From IMG/VR virus record IMGVR_UViG_3300032296_002019, positions 35,489-99,488 of that record: 64,000 nucleotides of DNA; one strand, 5' to 3'. This document shows, piece after piece, positions 6,873 through 16,485 of the stretch. The translations under genes and the position numbers were made by a program. The notes under the pieces are model-generated. The model was not told where the DNA came from. It saw nothing but the letters and a program-made list of their open reading frames with translations, and did not search any database. The stretch comes from a virus. The stretch's first letter is position 1, and each line of letters starts with the position of its first letter.

Positions 6873-7684
6873 TCTTTATAAAAATGGTAATGGCATACCC
6901 CTATCTTTTCAAAATATATATTCTTATGAGATGGGTCTCCTATCTTATGCATTTCTACCATATAGAGAAGATCTTCGAATTGGTCTTTTATTAAACAGTA
7001 TTTTTTTAGATCTTTAGTAGTTCTTCCTAGGTGGGTTTCGCAATCAAACTTAATATCAAAAGGCAGTTCCCAAGGCTTTATATTTTGATTCCGTGCCTTT
7101 TCTTGGTGATAAACAGAAGTTTTATACTCGATATCAGAACCGTAAATGCTATCAATATTAGTGATGTCAAGAATAAAAAAAGTAGTTTGAGGAGTGTAAA
7201 AGCCTGAATCAAACACTTCATAAGTTTTATGTAAATTCTTTTTTCCACCTGCTTTTAATATTGATTCATAACTAAATCCTGGTATATAATAAAACTCTGC
7301 CTCTTCTACTTCGGAATCTAGTATATCATCCGTAGATATAACATCATCCATGCTCTTCCATAAATATCTAACATCCGGTATATTATTCTTTACATAATTC
7401 AATATAGATTCCTCTAAGTCTATTGTACCGAACATATGTCCTTTATTTACATCTGACTCTAATATAATAGAGCTAGGGAATGATTTTAACCAGGTATTTT
7501 TAAAAGCATTTAATGCATGGTTAGATAGATCTGGGATTTTATTTACAGATAAAACTATATAGGGAAAATTTTTTATGAAGGATTCGTTGTATTGTAAAAA
7601 GAATTTAAGTTGTTCCCAACTATCTTCTTTTACTGTAGCTATTGTAGAAAAACAAGAAACGTTAACTAACGACCTCAGTTTCAT
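6854..7684 (-). CDS. putative glycosyltransferase-like protein (GT-A fold?)
   Basis: Last gene of GT island; NKGHMFG and LWKSMDDVI resemble GT-A elements; weak. Confidence 0.4.
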   Translation of the reverse strand: MKLRSLVNVSCFSTIATVKEDSWEQLKFFLQYNESFIKNFPYIVLSVNKIPDLSNHALNAFKNTWLKSFPSSIILESDVNKGHMFGTIDLEESILNYVKNNIPDVRYLWKSMDDVISTDDILDSEVEEAEFYYIPGFSYESILKAGGKKNLHKTYEVFDSGFYTPQTTFFILDITNIDSIYGSDIEYKTSVYHQEKARNQNIKPWELPFDIKFDCETHLGRTTKDLKKYCLIKDQFEDLLYMVEMHKIGDPSHKNIYFEKIGVCHYHFYKDLIYNV

Positions 7685-8510
7685 TTTTTAAAAATTGTGG
7701 GTATTGAACCATAAGAGATTTTATTACTTCTGGATACCTATCTATGGAAACTGTCTTATAGTTTATACCTAATCTTTTCAACACATCTTTTCCCTCTTTT
7801 AAAGATGTATTTATGTTATCCATAGAAGTTATATCTGGTCTATTAAACTCTGTATGGGCGAATGATTCTATCTTAGTTTTTACTTTCTCGGAGCCTCCTA
7901 AATAAGAGAAGTGCCACCCAGCATTTGGTATTCTCATGAAGGTGTTCCTATTATCTCTTAGGTATTGAGGACCATTGCTTTTAAAGAAATCTCCTGTGCA
8001 CATTACAGTTCCGTTCCAATCCCTATCAAATCCCTCCATTTGGCAATTCATGTAGTAATAATGAAAAAGGAGAGTTAGAGAGATAGCTTTACTTTTATGT
8101 TTTAAAAAAACATTACCATTCCTAACATAAGTAATAACTTCTGGATTAGGTATTTCATCTAGGTCTCCTACTAAAATTACATCAGAATCTTCCATCAGAT
8201 CTTGTGCATAAGTTATCCCTAATCTCTGTTGATTTTCTAATGTCCAAGATCCATCAGTTGGGGTATACCCATTTACCTTCTCAAACTTTAAATCCTCTAT
8301 AGATTGTTCTATAGGAAGGTATACTATCTTATCAATCCACTTTTGATATCTTTCTTTGTTTTGTTCAAAGAAGTACGGTTTAGGCTTCCCACTATGAGTG
8401 TAGTTTGATTCACATATAACAAACTTATCAACTACATCATATAACAACTTTAATCTAAACTCTAATAAATCTAATTCATTAAAAAAAGTAAAACAATCAA
8501 AGATTTTCAT
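7662..8510 (-). CDS. GT17-family beta-1,4-N-acetylglucosaminyltransferase-like protein
   Basis: DCFTFFNELDLLEFRL..VVDKFVICES..THSGKPK, ENQQR, GDLDEIP, GWHFSY..KIESFAHTE. Confidence 0.85.
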   Translation of the reverse strand: MKIFDCFTFFNELDLLEFRLKLLYDVVDKFVICESNYTHSGKPKPYFFEQNKERYQKWIDKIVYLPIEQSIEDLKFEKVNGYTPTDGSWTLENQQRLGITYAQDLMEDSDVILVGDLDEIPNPEVITYVRNGNVFLKHKSKAISLTLLFHYYYMNCQMEGFDRDWNGTVMCTGDFFKSNGPQYLRDNRNTFMRIPNAGWHFSYLGGSEKVKTKIESFAHTEFNRPDITSMDNINTSLKEGKDVLKRLGINYKTVSIDRYPEVIKSLMVQYPQFLKNETEVVS

Positions 8511-8514
8511 AACG

Positions 8515-9147
8515 TCACTTAAATTTAAAACCTGTATTTTTTTCTATAAAGGATTTATTTACTTCATGAGATTTCAATCCTGTTCTATCTATTTTTGAAT
8601 TATAAAAATGAAAGGCCATCCATTCTTTAGATTTTACTATGTAAATCACTTTCCAACAATCCGTAGGTACTGTCACTCCCCCTATTTTCTGTTTAGATCC
8701 CCATGAACCAGCCCACACTTTTACAGAATCATACTTCATAGACATTTCTCTAGTAAACTCTTCTAGATCCTTCCAATCTCCTCTATTCAAAGTAGGATGC
8801 TGTGGGGTCATGTTTGAAAAGAAAAAAGACTCCCTCATAGCTGTAGAATCACATCCTCCATCTGCTGCTGGAAAATTATGCCCTCTATCATACCCTGAGT
8901 TCAGGTAGTCCTTTTCCAAATTTGTATGTCGATACAATGTAGGATCTGGGACGAATTTATTGGTTCTAGGATACTTCTTTACGCAAGTTATATCTTTTTT
9001 TGTTACTACCCAATAAACTTTTTTAGGGTACTTTAAAACGGTATCAAAATCAGCTTGATACCTTTTATGTTTTATTAAAACAGTGTGTTGAGATGCTGCC
9101 TGTAATACTAAAAATACTGCTAGAAAAAATAAAGTAAAGCGTTTCAT
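8515..9147 (-). CDS. secreted DNA/RNA non-specific endonuclease (NucA/EndoG-like)
   Basis: Signal peptide MKRFTLFFLAVFLVLQAAS; YDRGH, SNMTPQ, LNRGDWKDLE motifs. Confidence 0.9.
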   Translation of the reverse strand: MKRFTLFFLAVFLVLQAASQHTVLIKHKRYQADFDTVLKYPKKVYWVVTKKDITCVKKYPRTNKFVPDPTLYRHTNLEKDYLNSGYDRGHNFPAADGGCDSTAMRESFFFSNMTPQHPTLNRGDWKDLEEFTREMSMKYDSVKVWAGSWGSKQKIGGVTVPTDCWKVIYIVKSKEWMAFHFYNSKIDRTGLKSHEVNKSFIEKNTGFKFK

Positions 9148-9881
9148 TATCTGTCTATTCTATAGTGGGTGAACAATCCTTCTCCGTGAGACACTACAAA
9201 GTTTTGTTCTTGCCACCATCCATCTATCTTTCCTTCCAAATCAACACCTTCCCCAGAGAAAGGGGATATCTTTTCTATGTAAAAATCCTTTTTATACATA
9301 CAAGGGTTGTTAGTTTGGTTGGCGTATCTAGAGTTGCAGTAAAACAATCCAGTGTAATCATCCTTAAATATATATTCAGGAAAATCTTTTTCTGGGGTTT
9401 CTCTCCAATGTACGCACTCAAATAAATGTTTGGGGCTGTCGAATTCGCGGTTCGCGAACTGCAAAGTGTATAGCGGCTCTCCTGGAACTCTTCTGCTTCT
9501 GTATTTTACTACATCCGCTTTATTAGATTCTATCATGTGCAGACCTCTAGTCAATTCGTCCAATACAGTAGGAAAGAAATCATCTATAATAATCCAATCA
9601 TTTTCTAGTAAAAGTATATTATCTGTTTTAGAGTTAGTAGCTAAGGTAGTCAAGGCTCTTCCTATACCAATATTAGTAGCGGAGAGTATATAGTCAACCC
9701 CATAATTTTCAGCTATCTCCCTATCAACATTACTACCCTCCTGTGCAAAAAGACATACGTCGTTAACTAAGTCAAGCAGTCCCGATCTCTTGTACGTATT
9801 TAAAGTGTTATTAAGTGTATTGTATGACTTCCAAGTCAGTATTCCTACTGACAGATTAAGCTTGTTCATTTTTATAATCAT
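9147..9881 (-). CDS. GT-A fold glycosyltransferase
   Basis: SVGILTW, NIGIGRA, ILLLENDW. Confidence 0.7.
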   Translation of the reverse strand: MIIKMNKLNLSVGILTWKSYNTLNNTLNTYKRSGLLDLVNDVCLFAQEGSNVDREIAENYGVDYILSATNIGIGRALTTLATNSKTDNILLLENDWIIIDDFFPTVLDELTRGLHMIESNKADVVKYRSRRVPGEPLYTLQFANREFDSPKHLFECVHWRETPEKDFPEYIFKDDYTGLFYCNSRYANQTNNPCMYKKDFYIEKISPFSGEGVDLEGKIDGWWQEQNFVVSHGEGLFTHYRIDR

Positions 9882-10455
9882 TTATAAAGTCTTCAAAGGA
9901 AATTACCCCCAACATGCCATTCCTATGAGAAACATATGTATTCCAATCTAAGCTATCGATATCTTTAAACTCTGTTAGAGTCTGGGCACCTTTCTTTACT
10001 ATTCCGCATCCCCAATCATGATCTACTACTTTTATGTCTAGATCCTCTCTTGTTCCTTTTAGTACAGCAATAGATTTCCATACATCACCAGTCCATGCTC
10101 CCCCATGATTATCTCTGACTTGATCTTTCTCTATTGTAGGTAAACAATCATGTACTACTATAACCCCTCCCTCATTTAGATGATTTAAGGAATTTTCTAT
10201 ATCTTTTAACACTTGTTCACTATGATGTAATCCATCTATAAAGATTATGTCAAACATTGTAGTATCATCTATAGACGCAAAATAAGAATCTGATGTGCCT
10301 ATATAATCACAGTATCCAGTTGGAGCTGGGTCCACAGCGTATTTATACTCAGCGTTAATTTTTGCACAGTTACTATTGTACTCCTGAACTCCTACTTCTA
10401 AATATCTTTTGTAATTATTTTGATCTACTAGATAATTTATTATATCCCATCTCAT
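9856..10455 (-). CDS. class I SAM-dependent methyltransferase (Methyltransf_24-like)
   Basis: YLEVGV, FDIIFIDGLH, LNEGGVIVVHD. Confidence 0.85.
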   Translation of the reverse strand: MRWDIINYLVDQNNYKRYLEVGVQEYNSNCAKINAEYKYAVDPAPTGYCDYIGTSDSYFASIDDTTMFDIIFIDGLHHSEQVLKDIENSLNHLNEGGVIVVHDCLPTIEKDQVRDNHGGAWTGDVWKSIAVLKGTREDLDIKVVDHDWGCGIVKKGAQTLTEFKDIDSLDWNTYVSHRNGMLGVISFEDFINDYKNEQA

Positions 10456-10458
10456 AAA

Positions 10459-11121
10459 TTATATTTTATATTTTTGATTGTAAAATTGCACGTCTCTAAT
10501 TTTTATAGAATCAAATATTGAATCATCGGATGTTGCACTCATTTTAGTTTGTATAGAACATCCTAATCCGTAATTAACTCTACCTTTACTTACAGTTTGA
10601 TGAAATATATAATCATCTCCACACCATACCAACATATCCTCTGGTATTGGAATATAATTATTTTTATTCATTACCATTAAAATTCCAAACCCCCATGTTC
10701 TTTGATTTAAAATAAAAAGAGCTAGTTCATCTATAACGAACTTTTCTGGTTTTTCTACTTGAGATATATAAGGCTGGAAGGCTCCTACTATTCCCATATT
10801 ATCTAAATCAAGTTGTGCCAGTCCCCAGAACAAATTACTCGGTATAGTTATGTCATCATTTAGAATAGCTATATAATCTTGAGTAGCCATGCTAACTCCA
10901 AGATTCCATGATGGATTCACATATAGATTTTTATTTTCTTTGTGTACCCTAAGCTTTGGATTGTCTACAACAAAATCAGAATAAGTTTTACTTTTATCAG
11001 TGTTATCTATAAGAATAACTTCATGTATATGAATATCTTGATATAATATATCTAGAAGTGTATTTAGAATGTCGGGTCTTCTAAATAGAGTTGGGATAAT
11101 TATAGAGAATTTTCTTTCCAT
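10459..11121 (-). CDS. GT2-family glycosyltransferase
   Basis: FSIIIPT, EVILIDN, SWNLG, ILNDDI, CGDD. Confidence 0.85.
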   Translation of the reverse strand: MERKFSIIIPTLFRRPDILNTLLDILYQDIHIHEVILIDNTDKSKTYSDFVVDNPKLRVHKENKNLYVNPSWNLGVSMATQDYIAILNDDITIPSNLFWGLAQLDLDNMGIVGAFQPYISQVEKPEKFVIDELALFILNQRTWGFGILMVMNKNNYIPIPEDMLVWCGDDYIFHQTVSKGRVNYGLGCSIQTKMSATSDDSIFDSIKIRDVQFYNQKYKI

Positions 11122-12050
11122 TCAATATATTTTTCTAATATTCTCCCTACTCTTTTAATTTGAGTGTGATGCTCCATAGTTTTGTTATAACCATTTAAAG
11201 CTATCCGTTCTCTTTCTTCAGAACCTTCAGGACTTAGGTAATAGTTTATCTTAGATATGCACTCCCCCAAATTATCATAATAAACTATATCTTCTCCTTC
11301 AATAAACAAATCATTTATTTTAGTATGTTCTGGTAACCTATCCGTAATCACTAATCTTCCGCAAGCCATTCCTTCAAACACTCTTCTAGTTATCTCCTTC
11401 CATCTACTGTTTTGAATAACTACTAATCCGCTATTTAAAAAATCTGAGTATTCGCTACCTACAAGTCCATTCTTGTTTATAAACTTGTGAGGCATTATGT
11501 TGCTTAGGTAGTCCATTAAATGAGACCCGCCATGTCCTCTAGTAGACCTGGCTTTAGGAAGATCATCAAATGGAGTAAACCCATCATAAGGCTTGTGTAT
11601 TTTAGTATCAGCAAAATGAGTCCACCATAATACGTTACACCCTTTCTCTTTGTACTTAAGATAAGAATCATGAGCTGGAGTCAATATCAAATCAAACTTA
11701 TGCGCTTTTACAGAGTTTCTTTCAAAGTTCTGAGGATCATCTCCGGACTCCATAACCCAAAAAGCATTTGGTATACTTTTTTTATCTAGAATTGGAGAAT
11801 CAAATCTACCCCAGTCCATATAAATAACCATCTCTGGACAGAAAGTTCCTGATTTATTTTCTTCTATTAAGAGATGTATTCCTGAGTCTGTGTAGTTGTC
11901 ATACATGTCAAATAGAGAATATATCTTAACCTCACAACCTATTTCTTTAAATTGTTCTACTATTGACAATGGAGTATTCCACACATCAGTAGGTCTGTGA
12001 GCAAATATAAAAGCTACTCTGTTTAATATATTAGTACTCCCCATTTGCAC
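11100..12050 (-). CDS. GT-B glycosyltransferase (CgeB/Glyco_trans_1_2-like)
   Basis: DDPQ, RRVFEGMACGRLVITD, ERERIALNG..HT..RV. Confidence 0.85.
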   Translation of the reverse strand: MQMGSTNILNRVAFIFAHRPTDVWNTPLSIVEQFKEIGCEVKIYSLFDMYDNYTDSGIHLLIEENKSGTFCPEMVIYMDWGRFDSPILDKKSIPNAFWVMESGDDPQNFERNSVKAHKFDLILTPAHDSYLKYKEKGCNVLWWTHFADTKIHKPYDGFTPFDDLPKARSTRGHGGSHLMDYLSNIMPHKFINKNGLVGSEYSDFLNSGLVVIQNSRWKEITRRVFEGMACGRLVITDRLPEHTKINDLFIEGEDIVYYDNLGECISKINYYLSPEGSEERERIALNGYNKTMEHHTQIKRVGRILEKYIEWKENSL

Positions 12051-12964
12051 TAAAGATTTAAAAAATAATTAAACTTCTGCATTACTGTCTCCGGTTTAAA
12101 CTTTTCTACCAATGGTTTTACATTGTAGTCCTTTTTTTCTATAGACAGTAATATATTGTACAATTCGTTTGGATTTTCATAATAAAACCCTTTATCTTTT
12201 AGAATGTACATTTGATTTTTATCTCTGCACTGTAAGTTAGTAACTACAGGTTTATTCTGATGCAGGAACTCAGACACAGCTAAACCAAAAGATTCTCCTT
12301 CTGATCTGCCATGAATCATGGCATCACATGTATTTATGAAAGCTGTCTTAGTGTGCAAATCAGTTGTAGGCTCTATATAGACAATTCTAGGATGTTGGCA
12401 TCTTAACATGTTAGTATTTAACAATAAGAACCAATATCCCTGTTCTGCCAACTTACAAAGTACATCTGCAAGATACGGTATATCAAATTGTGCGTTTCCT
12501 CCATGCCTTCCAAAAACTATAGCTTCTTTAGGGATTCCTATGTAATCTCTAAAATCTTCTTTTACATCAGGTAGAGTAACTATGTAAGGTAGAAAATCTA
12601 TATTATGTCTATTACCTAGCCACTCACTGATAGCTATGTATACGTCTCCATGTTTGTCAGATCCCTCAAACACAGCATGTACTATATTTTTTGAACGTGG
12701 AAATAATATGCCATCATAATGTCCGGCTTTTTCTAGAAATGCAACATCTATTTTATAGTTTCCTACTTCACTAAAAGAATTGTATAGTATAACTCTATCT
12801 TGAAATCTATTCCTAAATTTATCTAAAGCAGCTAGATCTGAATTGGCAGGAGCAAATACATAAGATGTGTTTCCTAGTATAGCTTCATTATAATGTGCAT
12901 AATCATACAAAGATACTTCTGTCCCTCTTATTCCAAGTTGATTGGAATGAAATCCTACGTTCAT
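12050..12964 (-). CDS. GT-B (GT4-like) glycosyltransferase
   Basis: RGTEVSLYDYA; CDAMIHGRSEGESFGLAVSEF. Confidence 0.8.
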   Translation of the reverse strand: MNVGFHSNQLGIRGTEVSLYDYAHYNEAILGNTSYVFAPANSDLAALDKFRNRFQDRVILYNSFSEVGNYKIDVAFLEKAGHYDGILFPRSKNIVHAVFEGSDKHGDVYIAISEWLGNRHNIDFLPYIVTLPDVKEDFRDYIGIPKEAIVFGRHGGNAQFDIPYLADVLCKLAEQGYWFLLLNTNMLRCQHPRIVYIEPTTDLHTKTAFINTCDAMIHGRSEGESFGLAVSEFLHQNKPVVTNLQCRDKNQMYILKDKGFYYENPNELYNILLSIEKKDYNVKPLVEKFKPETVMQKFNYFLNL

Positions 12965-13584
12965 ATAGTTTCGTATAAATTATTTTGAGCCTCCTGTCTT
13001 TTTATATCTTTAATATGCAACAAACAATAATCTTCAGTTTCAAAAGGTAATAAACTATATACGTTGTGCCCTACTAATATTTCATGCACTTTATTTTGCC
13101 AGTATATCTCTGGTTTGTTTATTACTATTCTAGTTTGCGGATCTGGGTAGTTAACATATCCTTTATCATTTACACTCCATCCCCACCTATCTATATGTTG
13201 TTGAGTTAATCCTTGAACAACATTTATTCTTGGGACCGCAAACATCTCCACATCTTGATTATTATATAAGATTTCTTTTATAGTAAGAAGAAGATTCTCA
13301 TGAACATTTTCATCTGCATCTATAAAGAATATGTACTCTTTTGTACATTTAGACTTAGCGAAGTTTTTGTGTTTAGAAAAATCTCCTTCTAAATGATTGT
13401 AGTGTAATGACACTCTATCTTTATACTCCTCAAGTATTTTTATTGTTGAAGGCTCATCAGAATAATCATCTACTATTACTATTTCATCTTCAGGTTGAAT
13501 ATGCTTTAACAACCTTTCTAGTAAAGGTTTTATATATACTGCTCCTTCATTGTGAGTAGTTATACAATAAGATATGCTAACCAT
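12961..13584 (-). CDS. GT2-family glycosyltransferase
   Basis: ISYCITTHNE, EIVIVDDYS, FFIDADE, YPDPQTRI, KVHE. Confidence 0.88.
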   Translation of the reverse strand: MVSISYCITTHNEGAVYIKPLLERLLKHIQPEDEIVIVDDYSDEPSTIKILEEYKDRVSLHYNHLEGDFSKHKNFAKSKCTKEYIFFIDADENVHENLLLTIKEILYNNQDVEMFAVPRINVVQGLTQQHIDRWGWSVNDKGYVNYPDPQTRIVINKPEIYWQNKVHEILVGHNVYSLLPFETEDYCLLHIKDIKRQEAQNNLYETI

Positions 13585-13585
13585 T

Positions 13586-14353
13586 TTATACTAATTTATA
13601 GAATTGTTTTAATTGTTCGTTTGTATCAAAGGTATTAATTAAAGAAACATGTTTTTCATTATCTTTATTAAAACATATGCAATCTTCTTTTGGAAGAGGA
13701 TTATCGTCCGATGGTCTGTATACAATATAATTAAGAGATTTTAAAAGCTCTATTACTTTTTGGTCTTTCTCGATTTCCCTGTAGTTCTCAAGCATCATCC
13801 AGGGCTTACACCTATTCAAAGTGTCTAACATCCCAGTTAGAGCTTCTAGTTCATAATTTTGAACATCCATCTTTATGACGTCAATATCAAGACCTAAAGA
13901 GTCAAAAGGTACTACTTTTATTTCCTCGTTACCTTCTTCTCCTTCTACAGCTATGCCTCTACCTCCATAGTTATCGGTACCATCTTTCTCTCTGTACTTG
14001 TCTAAGGAACACATTTTAACAGTAGAATTAGAATTGCCTAGTCCCAATCTGAACTGTTCTACCTTTCTTGTAGAATCGTTGTAAAGAATGTTAGTAGTTA
14101 GAATATTATATATAAGTGCCTGGGGCTCAAACGCATACACTTTTTTAGAAAACTTAGCCAGTCCAATAGTATGAAATCCTATGTTAGCTCCTGCATCTAA
14201 AACTACATCTGTTTCTTTTAATAGTTTTGAATAGAGTTGATACATGTGTATCTCCCAAAACCCTAAAGTATTTATGTATCTGCCAATTAAGTCTTCTAAA
14301 ATTACTACAAAAGATCCGTAACCTTTATCTGGAGTCTGCGCTAATGTTATCAT
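13586..14353 (-). CDS. FkbM-family methyltransferase
   Basis: VLDAGANIGFHT, VYAFEP, IDVIKMDVQNYE. Confidence 0.9.
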   Translation of the reverse strand: MITLAQTPDKGYGSFVVILEDLIGRYINTLGFWEIHMYQLYSKLLKETDVVLDAGANIGFHTIGLAKFSKKVYAFEPQALIYNILTTNILYNDSTRKVEQFRLGLGNSNSTVKMCSLDKYREKDGTDNYGGRGIAVEGEEGNEEIKVVPFDSLGLDIDVIKMDVQNYELEALTGMLDTLNRCKPWMMLENYREIEKDQKVIELLKSLNYIVYRPSDDNPLPKEDCICFNKDNEKHVSLINTFDTNEQLKQFYKLV

Positions 14354-14793
14354 ATTAGTTGTGCTGCTTCTAATGCTCTTGAGAAGTATTCTTTATCAAA
14401 ATGAAGAACGTTTTTCATATCAGTTTTGTATTTGTGATATGTACCGTCTGGTTTCCTAAACCTTTCTTTTTCTTCTTCTTTTACTGGTACCTGGGGTGCA
14501 AACGCCCATTTCCAATCATCTTTTGATGTTCCGTCTGGAAATATCATCCCTATGCCTTCTTTAGTTATGGTGGTAGGATACCAAGTGAACCCATCAGAAT
14601 CTACATACTTTATATCTCTAAATAAATTAGGAATCATAGATTCATAAGAAGCCACAGCCTCTGTGTTGGCTAATAAGAGAGTATTGGTAGTGAATCCACA
14701 TTGAAGACAATCCCAACTTATAATACCATCAGAATGTCTCTCATAACATAACGGGCTATTGCATTTTCTGCAACTTACTAATTGATCTTGCAT
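14350..14793 (-). CDS. zinc-ribbon hypothetical protein
   Basis: CRKC..C..CLQCG. Confidence 0.65.
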   Translation of the reverse strand: MQDQLVSCRKCNSPLCYERHSDGIISWDCLQCGFTTNTLLLANTEAVASYESMIPNLFRDIKYVDSDGFTWYPTTITKEGIGMIFPDGTSKDDWKWAFAPQVPVKEEEKERFRKPDGTYHKYKTDMKNVLHFDKEYFSRALEAAQLI

Positions 14794-14794
14794 T

Positions 14795-15205
14795 TTAATC
14801 TAATAATTGTTTTTTTGTATTTTCTGGAGTTGTCTGAGTTAATGTGCTATTTGTAAAGTAATATCCAAATCCTTCTGGGTAGTTCGTATAGTGCCAACAT
14901 CCCATTTTATCATTCCATACAGTGGCATTTATATGCGTAGTATTAGATCCACTAGTAATAGTAATAATAGGATTGTTTGTTACAGTTATAGATCCTGATA
15001 AAGGGAATTGATCCTTAGCATTTTGTTGATACCAATCATCACAGTCATCTGGATCTTCTTCAAAATCAAGATCAAGATTAAGATCAGGGTCTTCCACTTC
15101 TTCCAGCACTTCCTTAAGTCTATCCCACTGTTTTGGAGTCGGATGAAATTCAGGACACGCTTCTGTAAAACCTTTTAACCATATTACAAAATCTCTTGGG
15201 CTCAT
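14795..15205 (-). CDS. hypothetical protein
   Basis: Helical N-terminus, acidic tract, S/T-rich C-terminus with two SGS. Confidence 0.6.
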   Translation of the reverse strand: MSPRDFVIWLKGFTEACPEFHPTPKQWDRLKEVLEEVEDPDLNLDLDFEEDPDDCDDWYQQNAKDQFPLSGSITVTNNPIITITSGSNTTHINATVWNDKMGCWHYTNYPEGFGYYFTNSTLTQTTPENTKKQLLD

Positions 15206-16476
15206 CCAGTTATAGTTTTAAGTTTTGGGAGATTGAGAGTTTTAGGTAAGCTTATCTTTGGAACATTCTTTTCTAATATCTCAGACAACCTTTCTACCAT
15301 TTTATCAAAACTATATTGAGATCTTGATACATGTCCTTGTCTCTTTGCGTTATCTATGAACTTATTGTAGTTCTCATAAACATTCTTCAAAGTGTTTTCC
15401 ACTGACTTACCGTCTGCCTTAAACCAACTTGCTTCTTTTAAAAGAAACTGATTGCTTGCAGATTGATGCAGCTTATCTACTTTACCTTCTACAAATACGT
15501 TAAACTCTTCTCTTAAGAAGTCCGTATGTCCACTAAATGGAGAGGTTATTATAGGCTTACTAGAAGCTGCTGAAAACTCCAGGTAAGGTCTTCCAAATCC
15601 TTCATTACCTACTAAAGCAAATGCTTTTACTTTAGGATGGTTGTATAGCTCATTCATCTCTTCATCTGTAAGCTCTCCATATACTAAGTAAATGTTAGGA
15701 AGATCTCCATCAACAGTCCTTCTAATATTATCTATTGCATCTAGTATGTACTCTTCTTCTATTATACTAAAGCCAGCCAAACTTGTTTTTAACAACAAAG
15801 CAGGTCTCTTACTCTTATCTTTAAAAGCAGATAAGAAAGATTTTATAAGAGTAGTTAATTGTTTTCTATCTTCTCCTAACTCTCCGGTCAACCAATGACC
15901 GACTGATAAGAAACAGAACTCTTCTTTAACTTCTGATAGATCAAACTTTGAGGTCTCTAACCTTTTGTATTTGTTTGTATCAACTCCTTCGAACAAAACT
16001 TCTATAGGTTTCTCTAATTTTAGAAGACCTAAACTTTGTTTTGTTTGATTATCGGTTTTCTCAAAAGAAGTTTGCTCAGCTACTTTCTTTACGAAATCAG
16101 AAGATACAATATTGAAAGTCATTTTGTTCAAACCTTCCAAACACTCTGCTGGTAGAATGGTAGTTTCAACTAAAGCAGACACTCCTATATTGACTTTGCC
16201 TACTGGTTGAAATTCATTAGATACAGTTACTTGTATCCATACATCAGGCTGTCTATTCAACCCTTCTGCTAAAATCCTATCTAATAGATCTAAATCTTCT
16301 GGGATTTCTCTATCTAAGGCTCCGAAAGGACATTCTCCCCATTTCTGCGATAGGATTTTGATATCCCACTCTTCCCCTTTTAATTTAATTAAAGCTTTTA
16401 CAAAATCTCTGGACCTTGCTCCGTATCCGCTTACTGTGTCTATAGGACAAGAAACTACTGCTAATAATTTATTCAT
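15202..16476 (-). CDS. GT4-family glycosyltransferase
   Basis: SGYGARSR, RKQL, EGFGRPYLEF. Confidence 0.88.
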   Translation of the reverse strand: MNKLLAVVSCPIDTVSGYGARSRDFVKALIKLKGEEWDIKILSQKWGECPFGALDREIPEDLDLLDRILAEGLNRQPDVWIQVTVSNEFQPVGKVNIGVSALVETTILPAECLEGLNKMTFNIVSSDFVKKVAEQTSFEKTDNQTKQSLGLLKLEKPIEVLFEGVDTNKYKRLETSKFDLSEVKEEFCFLSVGHWLTGELGEDRKQLTTLIKSFLSAFKDKSKRPALLLKTSLAGFSIIEEEYILDAIDNIRRTVDGDLPNIYLVYGELTDEEMNELYNHPKVKAFALVGNEGFGRPYLEFSAASSKPIITSPFSGHTDFLREEFNVFVEGKVDKLHQSASNQFLLKEASWFKADGKSVENTLKNVYENYNKFIDNAKRQGHVSRSQYSFDKMVERLSEILEKNVPKISLPKTLNLPKLKTITG

Positions 16477-16485
16477 AACGTATTA

